This document shows, piece by piece, positions 32,734 to 42,198 of a DNA stretch of 64,000 nt (positions within the stretch are counted from its first letter, which is position 1; each line of letters begins with the position of its first letter). This DNA is from an uncultured Chroococcidiopsis sp. (lineage in GTDB: Bacteria; Cyanobacteriota; Cyanobacteriia; Cyanobacteriales; Chroococcidiopsidaceae): the NCBI GenBank assembly GCA_964248365.1, contig CAXTYC010000006.1, positions 1 through 64,000 on the forward strand, written 5' to 3'. The notes under the pieces were generated by a model. That model was not told the DNA's origin. It ran no database searches and worked only from the letters and a program-made list of their open reading frames with translations. A program made the position numbers and the translations under genes.

Positions 32734-33629
32734 TGTGCGGCATCGTTGGACTACTCGTAAAAAAACCTGAACTGCGCGAATCTTTAGGCGAACTGATGGT
32801 TCCGATGCTGATTGGCATGAGCGATCGCGGTTCTGATTCAGCCGGACTTGCCGTATTTACCCAAACATTAGCACAAGGCGATCGCAAGTACAGTCTCTAC
32901 TCTGGAGCCAAGGACTTTAACTGGACAACATTAGCTGACGATTTTCAAACTCAATTCGGTATTAGCCTCAAAATAGAAACTCATGGGAATCATGCGATAT
33001 TAGTTTCTAACCTTGCCCCAGATGTGGTAAGGCAATGGCTGACAAAATATCGTCCACAGTTACATATACTGTCAATCGGTCGAACGATAGATCTTTACAA
33101 AGATACAGGCAAACCCGCCCACGTTGCCGCTCGCTATCACTTCAAGTCTCTCAAAGGTTCCCATCTAGTCGGACATACCCGCATGGCAACCGAATCGGCA
33201 GTTACACCCGCCCACGCTCATCCTTTTACCGCTGGGGAAGACTTCTGTCTAGTCCATAACGGATCGCTGTCGAACCCAAATGAAATTCGCCGCAAACTCG
33301 AACCGCGTGGAATTCGCTTTGAAACTGATAACGACACTGAAGCTGCTTGCCGTTTCCTAGAATGGCGGATGCGCGAGGGGGATGACTTGGAAACTGCTCT
33401 CAAACAAGGGTTTGAAGAATTGGATGGTTTCTACACCTTCCTCATGGGTACTGCCGACAAACTGGCACTGGTGCGAGATGCCTTTGCTTGTAAACCTGCC
33501 ATTGTAGCAGAAACAGATGATTATGTAGCGATCGCTTCTGAATTTCGTTCTCTAGCTCACTTGCCAAACGTAAACAATGCCCATATCTACGAACCTGCAC
33601 CAGAGGAGTTGTACGTATGGAAGGTTTAA
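32733..33629 (+). CDS. mgsA: N-methylglutamate synthase subunit A (class II glutamine amidotransferase-like)
   Basis: MCGIVG Ntn start, RGSDSAG, GHTRMATES, VHNGSLSN. Confidence 0.85.
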   Translation: MCGIVGLLVKKPELRESLGELMVPMLIGMSDRGSDSAGLAVFTQTLAQGDRKYSLYSGAKDFNWTTLADDFQTQFGISLKIETHGNHAILVSNLAPDVVRQWLTKYRPQLHILSIGRTIDLYKDTGKPAHVAARYHFKSLKGSHLVGHTRMATESAVTPAHAHPFTAGEDFCLVHNGSLSNPNEIRRKLEPRGIRFETDNDTEAACRFLEWRMREGDDLETALKQGFEELDGFYTFLMGTADKLALVRDAFACKPAIVAETDDYVAIASEFRSLAHLPNVNNAHIYEPAPEELYVWKV

Positions 33630-34306
33630 CGTTCGATCTTAGGCAAACGCCCTTGCGCGAAATCAACCACTTTTTGCATCACGATGCTATTCACAACATT
33701 GGGCAAAAGGTGAAAATCCTTAATCCCGACGGCGCACATAACATTGCCGTTGGGCTAGATGCTCCGATTGAGGTAGAGATTGTCGGTCATGCAGGCTACT
33801 ATGCCGCTAGCATGAACAAGTTAGCCAACGTCACTATATTGGGTAATGCAGGTACAGGCGTTGCTGAGAATATGATGTCAGGGCGCGTGCAAGTCAAAGG
33901 CTTTGCTTCAGTTTCCGCCGGAGCGTCTGCTCATGGTGGGTTACTAGTTATTGATGGCAATGCCAGCTTGCGATGTGGTATTTCTCTTAAAGGCGCTGAT
34001 ATTGTAGTTGGTGGTAGTGTCGGCAGTTTCTGTGCATTCATGGCACAAGCCGGACGAATATTAGTGTGTGGAAATGCTGGGGATGCTCTAGGTGACTCGC
34101 TCTACGAGGCAGTAATTTATGTGCGTGGCAACATTAAATCTCTTGGTGCAGATGCCCAACTTGAAACCATGTCTGAGGCGGATTACGAGGCAGTTGGAGA
34201 GTTATTAGCCAAGGCGGGTGAGTCCTATAATCCCAAAGAGTTTAAGCGCGTTGCTTCTGCAAAGCAGCTTTATCACTGGAACGCGGATGCGAATCAGGAG
34301 TATTAG
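33617..34306 (+). CDS. mgsB: N-methylglutamate synthase subunit B (GXGXG / FwdC-like domain)
   Basis: GYYAASMN, GVAENMMSG, RCGISLKG, LGDSLYE. Confidence 0.85.
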   Translation: MEGLTFDLRQTPLREINHFLHHDAIHNIGQKVKILNPDGAHNIAVGLDAPIEVEIVGHAGYYAASMNKLANVTILGNAGTGVAENMMSGRVQVKGFASVSAGASAHGGLLVIDGNASLRCGISLKGADIVVGGSVGSFCAFMAQAGRILVCGNAGDALGDSLYEAVIYVRGNIKSLGADAQLETMSEADYEAVGELLAKAGESYNPKEFKRVASAKQLYHWNADANQEY

Positions 34307-34308
34307 AT

Positions 34309-35661
34309 ATGGATAATTCTCAATTTAACTCTTCCTCCCGCCAGGAGTCCTGGGGATACGATCGCCGTACAATCGACTACATCCAGAGCGCTGCTGCACA
34401 TGGACTATACGAAATTCGCGGACTGGGAGCCAAGCGCAGGCTACCCCACTTTGATGATCTGGTGTTTCTCGGTGCGTCCCTATCGCGCTATCCTCTAGAA
34501 GGATATCGAGAGAAATGCACCACGAAAACAATTCTCGGTACTCGCTACGCCAAAAAGCCGATTGAGCTAGAAATTCCGATTACGATCGCCGGAATGAGCT
34601 TCGGATCGCTCTCTGCTAATGTTAAAGAAGCGATTGGTCGGGCGGCGACGCAAATGGGAAGCTCGACAACTACGGGCGATGGCGGAATGACACAGGAAGA
34701 ACGGCTTTCCTCCAAAACCTTGATTTATCAATGCTTGCCTTCTCGCTACGGATTCAACCCAGACGACCTAAGAAAAGCAGATGCAATTGAAATTGTCATC
34801 GGTCAAGGAGCAAAACCTGGTGGTGGTGGAATGCTTTTAGGGCAAAAGATCAACCCACGAGTTGCCCAAATGCGGACATTGCCGGAAGGAATCGATCAAC
34901 GCTCTGCGTGTCGTCATCCTGACTGGACAGGACCTGATGACCTAACGATCAAAATTCAACAATTGCGAGAGATTACCGACTGGGAAAAACCTATTTATGT
35001 CAAAGTGGGCGCTTCACGTCCGTTTAACGATGTGAAACTTGCTGTTCATGCTGGAGCAGATGTAATTGTTGTAGACGGAATGCAAGGAGGAACAGCCGCC
35101 ACCCAAACTGTATTTATCGAACACGTAGGCATTCCCACCTTGGCAGCCGTGCGCCAGTCGGTAGAAGCGCTGGAAGACTTGGATATGAAAGGTAAGGTGC
35201 AGCTGATTGTTTCAGGTGGAATTCGCACGGGGGCTGATGTTGCTAAAGCTCTGGCAATGGGTGCGGATGCAGTAGCTCTTGGTCAGGGTATTCTCATTGC
35301 CTTGGGCTGCAACAGTGAAACCTACATTCAAAATGACACTCACTATTCGGCTTTAGAAGACTATGCTGCACTTGGTACCGCACCTGGCTACTGTCACCAC
35401 TGCCATACAGGTAAATGTCCCGTTGGAGTAACGACACAGGATGAAATTTTAGAACTTCGTCTTGAACCCGAAGTCGGAGCGCGGCGAGTCAAAAATTACC
35501 TCAAAACTCTAAATATGGAATTGACTACAGTTGCTCGTGCTTGTGGTAAGCAGAATGTCCACCACCTCGAACGCGAAGACCTGGTTGCACTTACGGTCGA
35601 GGCAGCAGCAATGGCACGTCTGCCACTGGCGGGAACCGATTGGATTCCAGGTTGGCATTAA
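34309..35661 (+). CDS. mgsC: N-methylglutamate synthase subunit C (FMN-binding glutamate synthase-like)
   Basis: AGMSFGSLS, GQGAKPGGGG, RHPDW, SGGIRTGADV, CHHCHTGKCPVG. Confidence 0.85.
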   Translation: MDNSQFNSSSRQESWGYDRRTIDYIQSAAAHGLYEIRGLGAKRRLPHFDDLVFLGASLSRYPLEGYREKCTTKTILGTRYAKKPIELEIPITIAGMSFGSLSANVKEAIGRAATQMGSSTTTGDGGMTQEERLSSKTLIYQCLPSRYGFNPDDLRKADAIEIVIGQGAKPGGGGMLLGQKINPRVAQMRTLPEGIDQRSACRHPDWTGPDDLTIKIQQLREITDWEKPIYVKVGASRPFNDVKLAVHAGADVIVVDGMQGGTAATQTVFIEHVGIPTLAAVRQSVEALEDLDMKGKVQLIVSGGIRTGADVAKALAMGADAVALGQGILIALGCNSETYIQNDTHYSALEDYAALGTAPGYCHHCHTGKCPVGVTTQDEILELRLEPEVGARRVKNYLKTLNMELTTVARACGKQNVHHLEREDLVALTVEAAAMARLPLAGTDWIPGWH

Positions 35662-35722
35662 CCAATTATCAATTAACAATTATCAATTATCAATTACCAC
35701 TTGTTCATTGTTCATTGTTCAT

Positions 35723-35847
35723 TAGACTTCTTGCATGAATCGATTTATATCAATTTTGAGGTAGGGGCGGGTTATGTGAAAATCTTTAATTTCAACAAAT
35801 ATCCTCTCAAAATCCGCCCCTACAAAAATATTCGTGCAAGAGGTCTA
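35723..35847. mobile_element. MITE with 18-bp TIRs enclosing a GTAG-type REP palindrome
   Basis: TAGACTTCTTGCATGAAT ... ATTCGTGCAAGAGGTCTA (16/18 match); internal GTAGGGGCGG...CCGCCCCTAC. Confidence 0.7.
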
Positions 35848-35857
35848 TTGATAGCTG

Positions 35858-36421
35858 ATGGTGGAAAAAACCGAAAAACAGAAGATGCTAGCAGGTGAGC
35901 TGTATTTTGCTCTCGATCCCGAACTGGCTGCGGATAACAAACGTGCGTCTCGTCTTTTGAGAATGTACAATGCCACGACTGAGTTAGAACCAGAATTGCG
36001 CTTTCAAATCCTCAAAGAATTATTTGGTAAAGTCGGATCTAAAGTGCAAATAGTACCTACTTTTCACTGCGACTATGGCAGCAATATCTATGCTGGCAAC
36101 GGGTTCTACATGAACTATGGTTGTGTGATCCTAGATTGTAATCCCGTCCAGATTGGGGAAAATGTCTTATGCGGTCCTTACGTTCAGATTTACACCGCCT
36201 ATCACCCTACCGAACCCGAAATTCGTCTTTCAGGTCGAGAACTCGCTGCGCCTATTACCATTGGTAATAATGTCTGGATTGGAGGCGGCGCGATTATTTG
36301 TCCTGGCGTTACGATTGGCGATAACACCACCATTGGCGCTGGTAGTGTGGTTGTGAAAGATATACCTGCCAACGTAGTAGCTGCGGGTAATCCCTGCCGG
36401 ATCATTCGACATTTATCTTAA
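35858..36421 (+). CDS. Sugar O-acetyltransferase (Maa/LacA family)
   Basis: KMLAGELY, CDYGSNI, hexapeptide repeats, VAAGNPCR. Confidence 0.9.
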   Translation: MVEKTEKQKMLAGELYFALDPELAADNKRASRLLRMYNATTELEPELRFQILKELFGKVGSKVQIVPTFHCDYGSNIYAGNGFYMNYGCVILDCNPVQIGENVLCGPYVQIYTAYHPTEPEIRLSGRELAAPITIGNNVWIGGGAIICPGVTIGDNTTIGAGSVVVKDIPANVVAAGNPCRIIRHLS

Positions 36422-36628
36422 GAGGGGCTAGAGGCTAGGGGCTAGGGGTGAGGAGTCAGAAGTCAGTAGTCAGTAGTCAGGAGTTGTGAACTCAGGAGTT
36501 AGGAGAATTACAAACTAGCAATTCTTCCCCAGCCTCCCTTTGCTCCCCCATCTCCCCATCTCCCCATCTCCTCATCTCCTCATCTCCCCAGCTGCCCTTA
36601 CGATGAATATTTAACACAAAACGAGATT

Positions 36629-37192
36629 ATGCCTTCTGGTCGGACACACGATCGCATTACTTTGTGGGGTTTGCCCTTTATCACTGGTCTTACCTTCGGA
36701 TCAACTGGCAGTGGTAATATAACCTTGATTGTGGCAGGGGCATATTTATTTAGTGGGCTGATGTTTGGTCCAGACTTGGATCTTTACTCTATACAATACA
36801 AGCGCTGGGGTTACTTACGCTGGATCTGGATACCCTACCAAAAAGCTTTACGGCATCGTTCACTGTTGTCACATGGGCTGATTATCGGTACAACAGTGCG
36901 GATACTATATCTAGCAATTTGGTTAAGCGTACTGGGGATTTTCTGCTTAGGCATAGCTCAGCTAGTGTGGGATGTAGGCTGGAATTGGCAATTTTTGATG
37001 CAGACGGCTAGGAATACACTAACTCAACACACTAGCCAATGGATTGCACTTTATCTAGGGCTAGAATTGGGAGCCATCAGTCATATTATCAGTGATTGGA
37101 GTACTTCCGCCTACAAACGCTTTCATAGTCGTGGCAAAATGAAGAAACGTAAATTAACTATGCGTAAAAATCGTCAAAAGGCTAATCGTTAA
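36629..37192 (+). CDS. DUF2227 putative metal-binding membrane protein
   Basis: MPSGRTHDRIT, PDLD, HRSLLSHG, SHIISD. Confidence 0.85.
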   Translation: MPSGRTHDRITLWGLPFITGLTFGSTGSGNITLIVAGAYLFSGLMFGPDLDLYSIQYKRWGYLRWIWIPYQKALRHRSLLSHGLIIGTTVRILYLAIWLSVLGIFCLGIAQLVWDVGWNWQFLMQTARNTLTQHTSQWIALYLGLELGAISHIISDWSTSAYKRFHSRGKMKKRKLTMRKNRQKANR

Positions 37193-37313
37193 CGCAGTAG
37201 GGAGTAGGGGAAGCAAAAGGGAGCAAAAGGGAGCAAAAGGGAGAATCATTAATTACCTTTACCCTTTACCCCTTTCCCTAACTACCAACTACCAACTACT
37301 AACTAAAAACAGG

Positions 37314-38138
37314 ATGACTAACACGCAACAATCAAACGCTATAGCAGCATTGCAAAATTTGATCGATGTGGTAGCTTCGTTGCGATCGCCTGATGGTGGT
37401 TGTCCTTGGGATTTGGTTCAAACTCCCTCATCTTTGATTCCCTATGTGATTGAAGAAGCTTATGAGGTAGTAGATGCAATTCGCAGTGGAGATAAGCAGG
37501 CGATCGCTGAAGAATTAGGAGATTTACTCCTACAAGTTGTGCTACAATCGCAAATTGCTTCAGAAGAGGGTAGTTTCAGCTTAGCAGAAGTTGCCCAAGG
37601 AATCACTCAAAAGCTGATTCGCCGTCATCCTCATGTATTTGGTGATGTGAACGTCCAAAGCATTGATGAAGTGCGCCAAAACTGGGAAGAAATCAAAGCA
37701 GCAGAGAAAGGCGAATCTTTGGCTGCTAGTCAAACCTTGAGTAGTAAACTGGGTCGCTATGCTCGTACACTCCCGCCGTTAATGGCTGGTATGAAAATTT
37801 CCCAAAAAGCAGCAGCAGCAGGCTTTGAATGGGAGAATGTTGACGGTGTTTGGGCGAAATTTCAAGAAGAGTTAGCAGAATTTCAGCAGGCGATCGCTCA
37901 CGAATCCCCAGCACAACAACAAGCTGAATTGGGAGATTTGCTGTTTGTCATAATTAATCTTGCCCGTTGGTATAAACTAGACCCTGACGCAGCACTACAA
38001 GGAACTAATCAAAGATTTATCGGGCGACTATCACAAGTTGAAACTCTGGCAGGTCGTCCACTTTCAGATTATACTTTGGAAGAATTGGAAACCCTCTGGC
38101 AGCAAGCTAAAGCCCAACTTGCTAAAGACAATCATTAG
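37314..38138 (+). CDS. mazG: Nucleoside triphosphate pyrophosphohydrolase MazG
   Basis: GCPWD, EEAYE, EELGDLL, RRHPHVF, second ELGDLLF domain. Confidence 0.95.
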   Translation: MTNTQQSNAIAALQNLIDVVASLRSPDGGCPWDLVQTPSSLIPYVIEEAYEVVDAIRSGDKQAIAEELGDLLLQVVLQSQIASEEGSFSLAEVAQGITQKLIRRHPHVFGDVNVQSIDEVRQNWEEIKAAEKGESLAASQTLSSKLGRYARTLPPLMAGMKISQKAAAAGFEWENVDGVWAKFQEELAEFQQAIAHESPAQQQAELGDLLFVIINLARWYKLDPDAALQGTNQRFIGRLSQVETLAGRPLSDYTLEELETLWQQAKAQLAKDNH

Positions 38139-38173
38139 ATCTCTTGCGAAAGTCTACATTAACCCACTAGTCT

Positions 38174-38222
38174 GCCACCCATGCCCACCAAATATATTGA
38201 TTGTGGGCATGGGTGGCAGACT
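38174..38222. repeat. Long palindrome (REP/MITE-like) between convergent genes
   Basis: agtctgccacccatgcccac-N14-gtgggcatgggtggcagact, perfect 20-bp arms; preceded by a TAGATCTCTTGC end. Confidence 0.75.
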
Positions 38223-38331
38223 TTTGCTGATAAAATAATAAGTATAAAAGATAACTATGTGGTAAAAACAAAGAAGATCTACTAACAGCTAATAGCTAAT
38301 TTCAGGCAAAATTTTTCGCCGCTAGCGATTC

Positions 38332-38952
38332 TCATTGAGAATCGCTAGCGGTTGTTTCCTCATCCTCTGACCACGTTCCACTTTTGATTTGATTAATCAA
38401 CCGATAAACTTCTTCTAAAACTATTTTTTGAGCAGTATCATCGTCAGACTCGTCAAATGTATTACTAGCCGATACATTTAACTGCCGATTTTTAATTAAA
38501 CGGCTTACTTTCTGAAGCAATTCATCAACTTTAGACCGCAGCTGCTGTATCTTTTGGAGAGACTGAGTTACATCAGACTGCGCCTGCTCTATTGTTTCCA
38601 AACGCTGATCTAAATCAGATTGCACCAGCCCTGTCATCTGAAATGACCGATCTAAATCAGAGTATAACTGCTCTGGTGTTCCGAAAGCAAAATTATCTAA
38701 TTTGTGCGATCGCTCCAAACATTTGTTTGAAACAGACCTCAAATTTTGCGCTCGTTCCTGCAAAAGGTTGGAAACAGACCTCAAATTTTGCGCTCGTTCC
38801 TGCAAAAGGTTGGAAACAGACCTCAAATTTTGCGCTCGCTGCAGACATTTCTGTAAATTATTCTGCATCCACTGACCTTTTTGGATACATTCAATAGAAT
38901 CATACTGCAACTGCTCAATTGAGCGTTTGAGTTGGCATTGCTGGCTATACAA
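38332..38952 (-). CDS. Hypothetical coiled-coil protein with a 14-aa tandem repeat
   Basis: TTG start with GGAGG upstream; Q/L/E/S-rich; 42-bp repeat at 38729-38838. Confidence 0.6.
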   Translation of the reverse strand: MYSQQCQLKRSIEQLQYDSIECIQKGQWMQNNLQKCLQRAQNLRSVSNLLQERAQNLRSVSNLLQERAQNLRSVSNKCLERSHKLDNFAFGTPEQLYSDLDRSFQMTGLVQSDLDQRLETIEQAQSDVTQSLQKIQQLRSKVDELLQKVSRLIKNRQLNVSASNTFDESDDDTAQKIVLEEVYRLINQIKSGTWSEDEETTASDSQ

Positions 38953-39373
38953 TCACGAATCCTCCCTTTGGATATGATTTAAGTATGTATAATATTTAAA
39001 GTATTAGGTAAAAATTTTAACATATTGTTTTTGATTCACTAACGCTAATAGTAGCGATCGCCACTCTAATTGAATATTGCAAATTAACCCTGTCCCGCGC
39101 TCAGCATCAATAGGATTAAAATTCAATTCTAAGGAATAATTTGGCAATTTTGCTAAAATTTGGTTTCCATGTCTTTGGCGCTTTCTCAAAAGTCATAATT
39201 GCTTACTCTATTGCTTGTTTTCCCCTGATTGCAATAGGGAACACATCAGCACATTTAAAAGTAGGGTTTAGTAACGCACCTAAGTGATACGTCTTGCGCC
39301 TTATGTCCTAAATAGTACTTCCGTGCTAGGGTCGGCAAAGAAGCGATCGCCTTATTTTTCTTTCATCAACTAT

Positions 39374-40357
39374 ATGTCTATTCTCCTAGCTGAGGATCTA
39401 ACTAAAGTCTATCCTGTAGCCGTCAAAGAACCTGGTCTTAAAGGTACATTAGTCCACTTTTTTCGTCGTACCTACCGTTCAATCGAAGCTGTTAAGCAAG
39501 TCTCCTTTCAAATTGAACCTGGGGAAGTAGTTGGCTTTTTAGGCGCAAATGGAGCAGGAAAGACTACCACATTAAAAATGCTCACAGGTTTAATCCATCC
39601 CTCAGGGGGACGGGTTAGAGTAGCTGGACATATACCATTTCAGCGCAAACCTGCCTTTTTACAACAGATTACCCTAGTCATGGGGCAAAAGCAGCAGCTG
39701 ATCTGGGACTTACCAGCACTAGATTCCTTAAAAATCAACGCCGCTATCTATGGACTGTCTAACCAAGAGTACCGACAACGGGTAGGCGAACTGACAGAGA
39801 TGCTTGCGCTGCAAGACAAGTTGAACCAGCCTGTGCGTAAACTTTCCTTGGGTGAACGGATGAAAGCTGAACTACTAGCAGCACTTTTACATCAACCCAA
39901 AGTACTGTTTTTAGATGAACCAACACTGGGACTAGATGTGAACGCCCAAGTAGGAGTCAGGGAATTCTTGCGCGAGTACAACAAAAGATATGGCGCAACA
40001 ATTCTATTAACTAGCCACTACATGGCAGATATTACCGCTTTGTGTCAGCGCGTAATGGTAATTCACCAAGGGCAATTAGTCTATGATGGCAGTTTAGATC
40101 GGTTAGTTGATAACTTTGCTCCCTATCGTGAAGTGCAAGTAGAACTTGCTCATCCTGTAGCTGAAAGTAAGTTATTACCCTACGGTGAAATAAAAACCGT
40201 TGAAGGTCAATTAGTGCGTTTCTGTATCAAGCGAGAAGCACTTACCCGTACAGTGGCGAAGATACTAGCAGAGTTAGATGTACTAGATTTAACTGTAACT
40301 GATCCACCAGTTGAAGAAATAATTGGGCGGGTATTTATGGCGGGGGCTGTTGTATGA
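39374..40357 (+). CDS. ABC-2 type exporter ATP-binding protein
   Basis: GANGAGKTT, LSLGE, FLDEPT, TSH. Confidence 0.92.
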   Translation: MSILLAEDLTKVYPVAVKEPGLKGTLVHFFRRTYRSIEAVKQVSFQIEPGEVVGFLGANGAGKTTTLKMLTGLIHPSGGRVRVAGHIPFQRKPAFLQQITLVMGQKQQLIWDLPALDSLKINAAIYGLSNQEYRQRVGELTEMLALQDKLNQPVRKLSLGERMKAELLAALLHQPKVLFLDEPTLGLDVNAQVGVREFLREYNKRYGATILLTSHYMADITALCQRVMVIHQGQLVYDGSLDRLVDNFAPYREVQVELAHPVAESKLLPYGEIKTVEGQLVRFCIKREALTRTVAKILAELDVLDLTVTDPPVEEIIGRVFMAGAVV

Positions 40358-41142
40358 ATTCAACATTCAGAAAAGCTAGAGTTTTATTGGTAACATACTA
40401 TGCCTATATGCTGGAATATCGGGCTGAGCTATTTTTGTGGGCTTTGTCCGGTAGCTTACCACTAATATTAATGGGAGTATGGACACAAGCAGCCCAAAGC
40501 GGACACTTTGGATTAGCGCCTGTAGATTTTGCTCGTTACTTTCTCTGTGTTTTCGTAATTAGGCAATTTACAGTCGTTTGGGTAATTTGGGAATTTGAAA
40601 AAGAAGTTGTGGAAGGGCGACTTTCTCCTCGGCTGCTACAACCAATCGATCCAGTTTGGCATCATGTCGCCTCTCATTTATCAGAAAGATTAGCGCGTTT
40701 GCCGTTTGCAGTCGTGTTGGTGGCGCTATTTTTCACACTTTATCCTCAAGCTTTCTGGATACCAAGCCTGGGGAATGTTTTACTATTTATAGTATCAGTT
40801 CTGCTTGCTTTTGTTCTACGATTTCTCATCCAATATACTTTTGCTTTATTTGCTTTTTGGACTGAAAGAGCTAATGCAATTGAAAACTTTTGGTTTTTAT
40901 TTTTCCTGTTTTTTTCAGGTATGATTGCGCCGCTAGAAATGTTTCCTCCTACTTTGCGCCAAGTTGTTCTTTGGACTCCTTTTCCTTATTTAATTCATTT
41001 TCCAGCTTCGGTTTTAATTGGACTACCAGTTAATCTAGTGCAAGGGTTTTTGGTAACGGTAGGTTGGTGTGTGGTGTTTTTCGTTTTCAACCGTTGGCTA
41101 TGGCGGCGGGGGTTAAAGCAGTATTCGGGGATGGGGGCGTAG
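40354..41142 (+). CDS. ABC-2 type exporter permease
   Basis: Six hydrophobic segments, EYRAE, ATGA overlap with the ATPase. Confidence 0.88.
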   Translation: MNSTFRKARVLLVTYYAYMLEYRAELFLWALSGSLPLILMGVWTQAAQSGHFGLAPVDFARYFLCVFVIRQFTVVWVIWEFEKEVVEGRLSPRLLQPIDPVWHHVASHLSERLARLPFAVVLVALFFTLYPQAFWIPSLGNVLLFIVSVLLAFVLRFLIQYTFALFAFWTERANAIENFWFLFFLFFSGMIAPLEMFPPTLRQVVLWTPFPYLIHFPASVLIGLPVNLVQGFLVTVGWCVVFFVFNRWLWRRGLKQYSGMGA

Positions 41143-41289
41143 GGATTTTGGATTAATGTCGCGCAAAGACGCAAAGGCGCTAAGAAAAGGTAAGGTAAGT
41201 GCGTTTTGGTATTAGGAACGCGAAGATGATTTTAAATTTTGGATTGGGGATAATGTTAAGTTGAAAGTTTGCCTATCAATTCATTTTGT

Positions 41290-41520
41290 CAAAAAGTTTT
41301 CGCCCCAACTCTAATGCCTCTTGCCGTTCCTCATTTGTTAGGTAATCATCACCATGTCGCCCACTAGGGCATCGGCGAGGATCGCCTCATGCTTCTAAAT
41401 AACGCTGTCGTCCTATAAGCAAGATTTCATGTAGTCTTGCATATTGCTATTTTTCTAGTTCAGTCGGTTGTTTCATAATTGTGATATCCATTCACGCGGA
41501 ACAATATCACCGTTTGGCTT
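41290..41520 (-). pseudogene. Degenerate tandem copy of the 41529-41783 gene plus the 3' end of its upstream partner
   Basis: Aligns by eye to 41600-41825 (shared tgcttctaaataacgctgtcgtccta, taatcatcaccat, acaatatcaccgttt); contains in-frame TAG and TGA. Confidence 0.7.
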
Positions 41521-41528
41521 CAAAGACG

Positions 41529-41783
41529 CTAGGGGTGTTCTGGTAACTTCCAAGCTCGCCCTTGACAGTGAACAAAACCATCCTTGACAAAGATACCAGC
41601 AAGTTTTCGCATCAACAAAAAGGCTTCTTGTCGTTCTTCATCTGTTAAGTAATCATCACCATTTCTACCACTAGGACAACGCCCAGGATCACCACCTGCT
41701 TCTAAATAACGCTGTCGTCCTAGTGCCATGATTTGGGCTAGTCTTACATCTTGCTGTTTTTGTAAATCCGTCTGTTCTTTCAT
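41529..41783 (-). CDS. Small hypothetical protein (84 aa)
   Basis: MKEQTDLQKQQ...GRQRYLEAGGDP..CPSG..GDDYLTDEERQE; ATG overlaps the upstream stop (ATGA). Confidence 0.65.
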   Translation of the reverse strand: MKEQTDLQKQQDVRLAQIMALGRQRYLEAGGDPGRCPSGRNGDDYLTDEERQEAFLLMRKLAGIFVKDGFVHCQGRAWKLPEHP

Positions 41784-41965
41784 AGTTCCGTAATCCATTC
41801 ACCAGGTACAATATCACCGTTTTGTAGCAGGTAAGCTCTTGGTAAGACAGGACTGAGAGTTATCAACAACCAAATGCCCGTATTTTCATCATAAAGTCTG
41901 AATTGGAGTAGTTCTAAAGTTTCCAAAGCATTTAAAATCAGATATTGTGCTTCTGTCGGTTCCAC
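41780..41965 (-). CDS. Small hypothetical protein (61 aa)
   Basis: GTG start; coupled to the downstream ORF; its 3' end is conserved in the degenerate copy. Confidence 0.55.
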   Translation of the reverse strand: MEPTEAQYLILNALETLELLQFRLYDENTGIWLLITLSPVLPRAYLLQNGDIVPGEWITEL

Positions 41966-42198
41966 TAGGGATATAATTTTGTAGATTTACCAAGCGTGAT
42001 TTTACAGCGAATAAAGAATTCTTTGATACAGAAGATAAGTGGCGATCGCACCATTCCACCTTACTTAAATGCACTGCTGTGAAACGTTAAACTCAAAGCA
42101 ATATTTTTTATGTTACTGGGGAGGAGTGAACCTCCAAACTTTGTTACCTGGCTAAGCCTGTTAACGAGAATATATAGATATAAAGGAGTTTTGGTAGT

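Noticed and set aside
31293..35661. Ordinary glutamine synthetase plus a fragmented (pseudogene) GOGAT
   Set aside because: The three ORFs are intact, with sizes and motifs of MgsA/B/C, and the synthetase lacks the look of cyanobacterial GlnA
38729..38838. CRISPR-like array
   Set aside because: Contiguous 42-bp repeats without spacers, inside an ORF; no cas genes in the window
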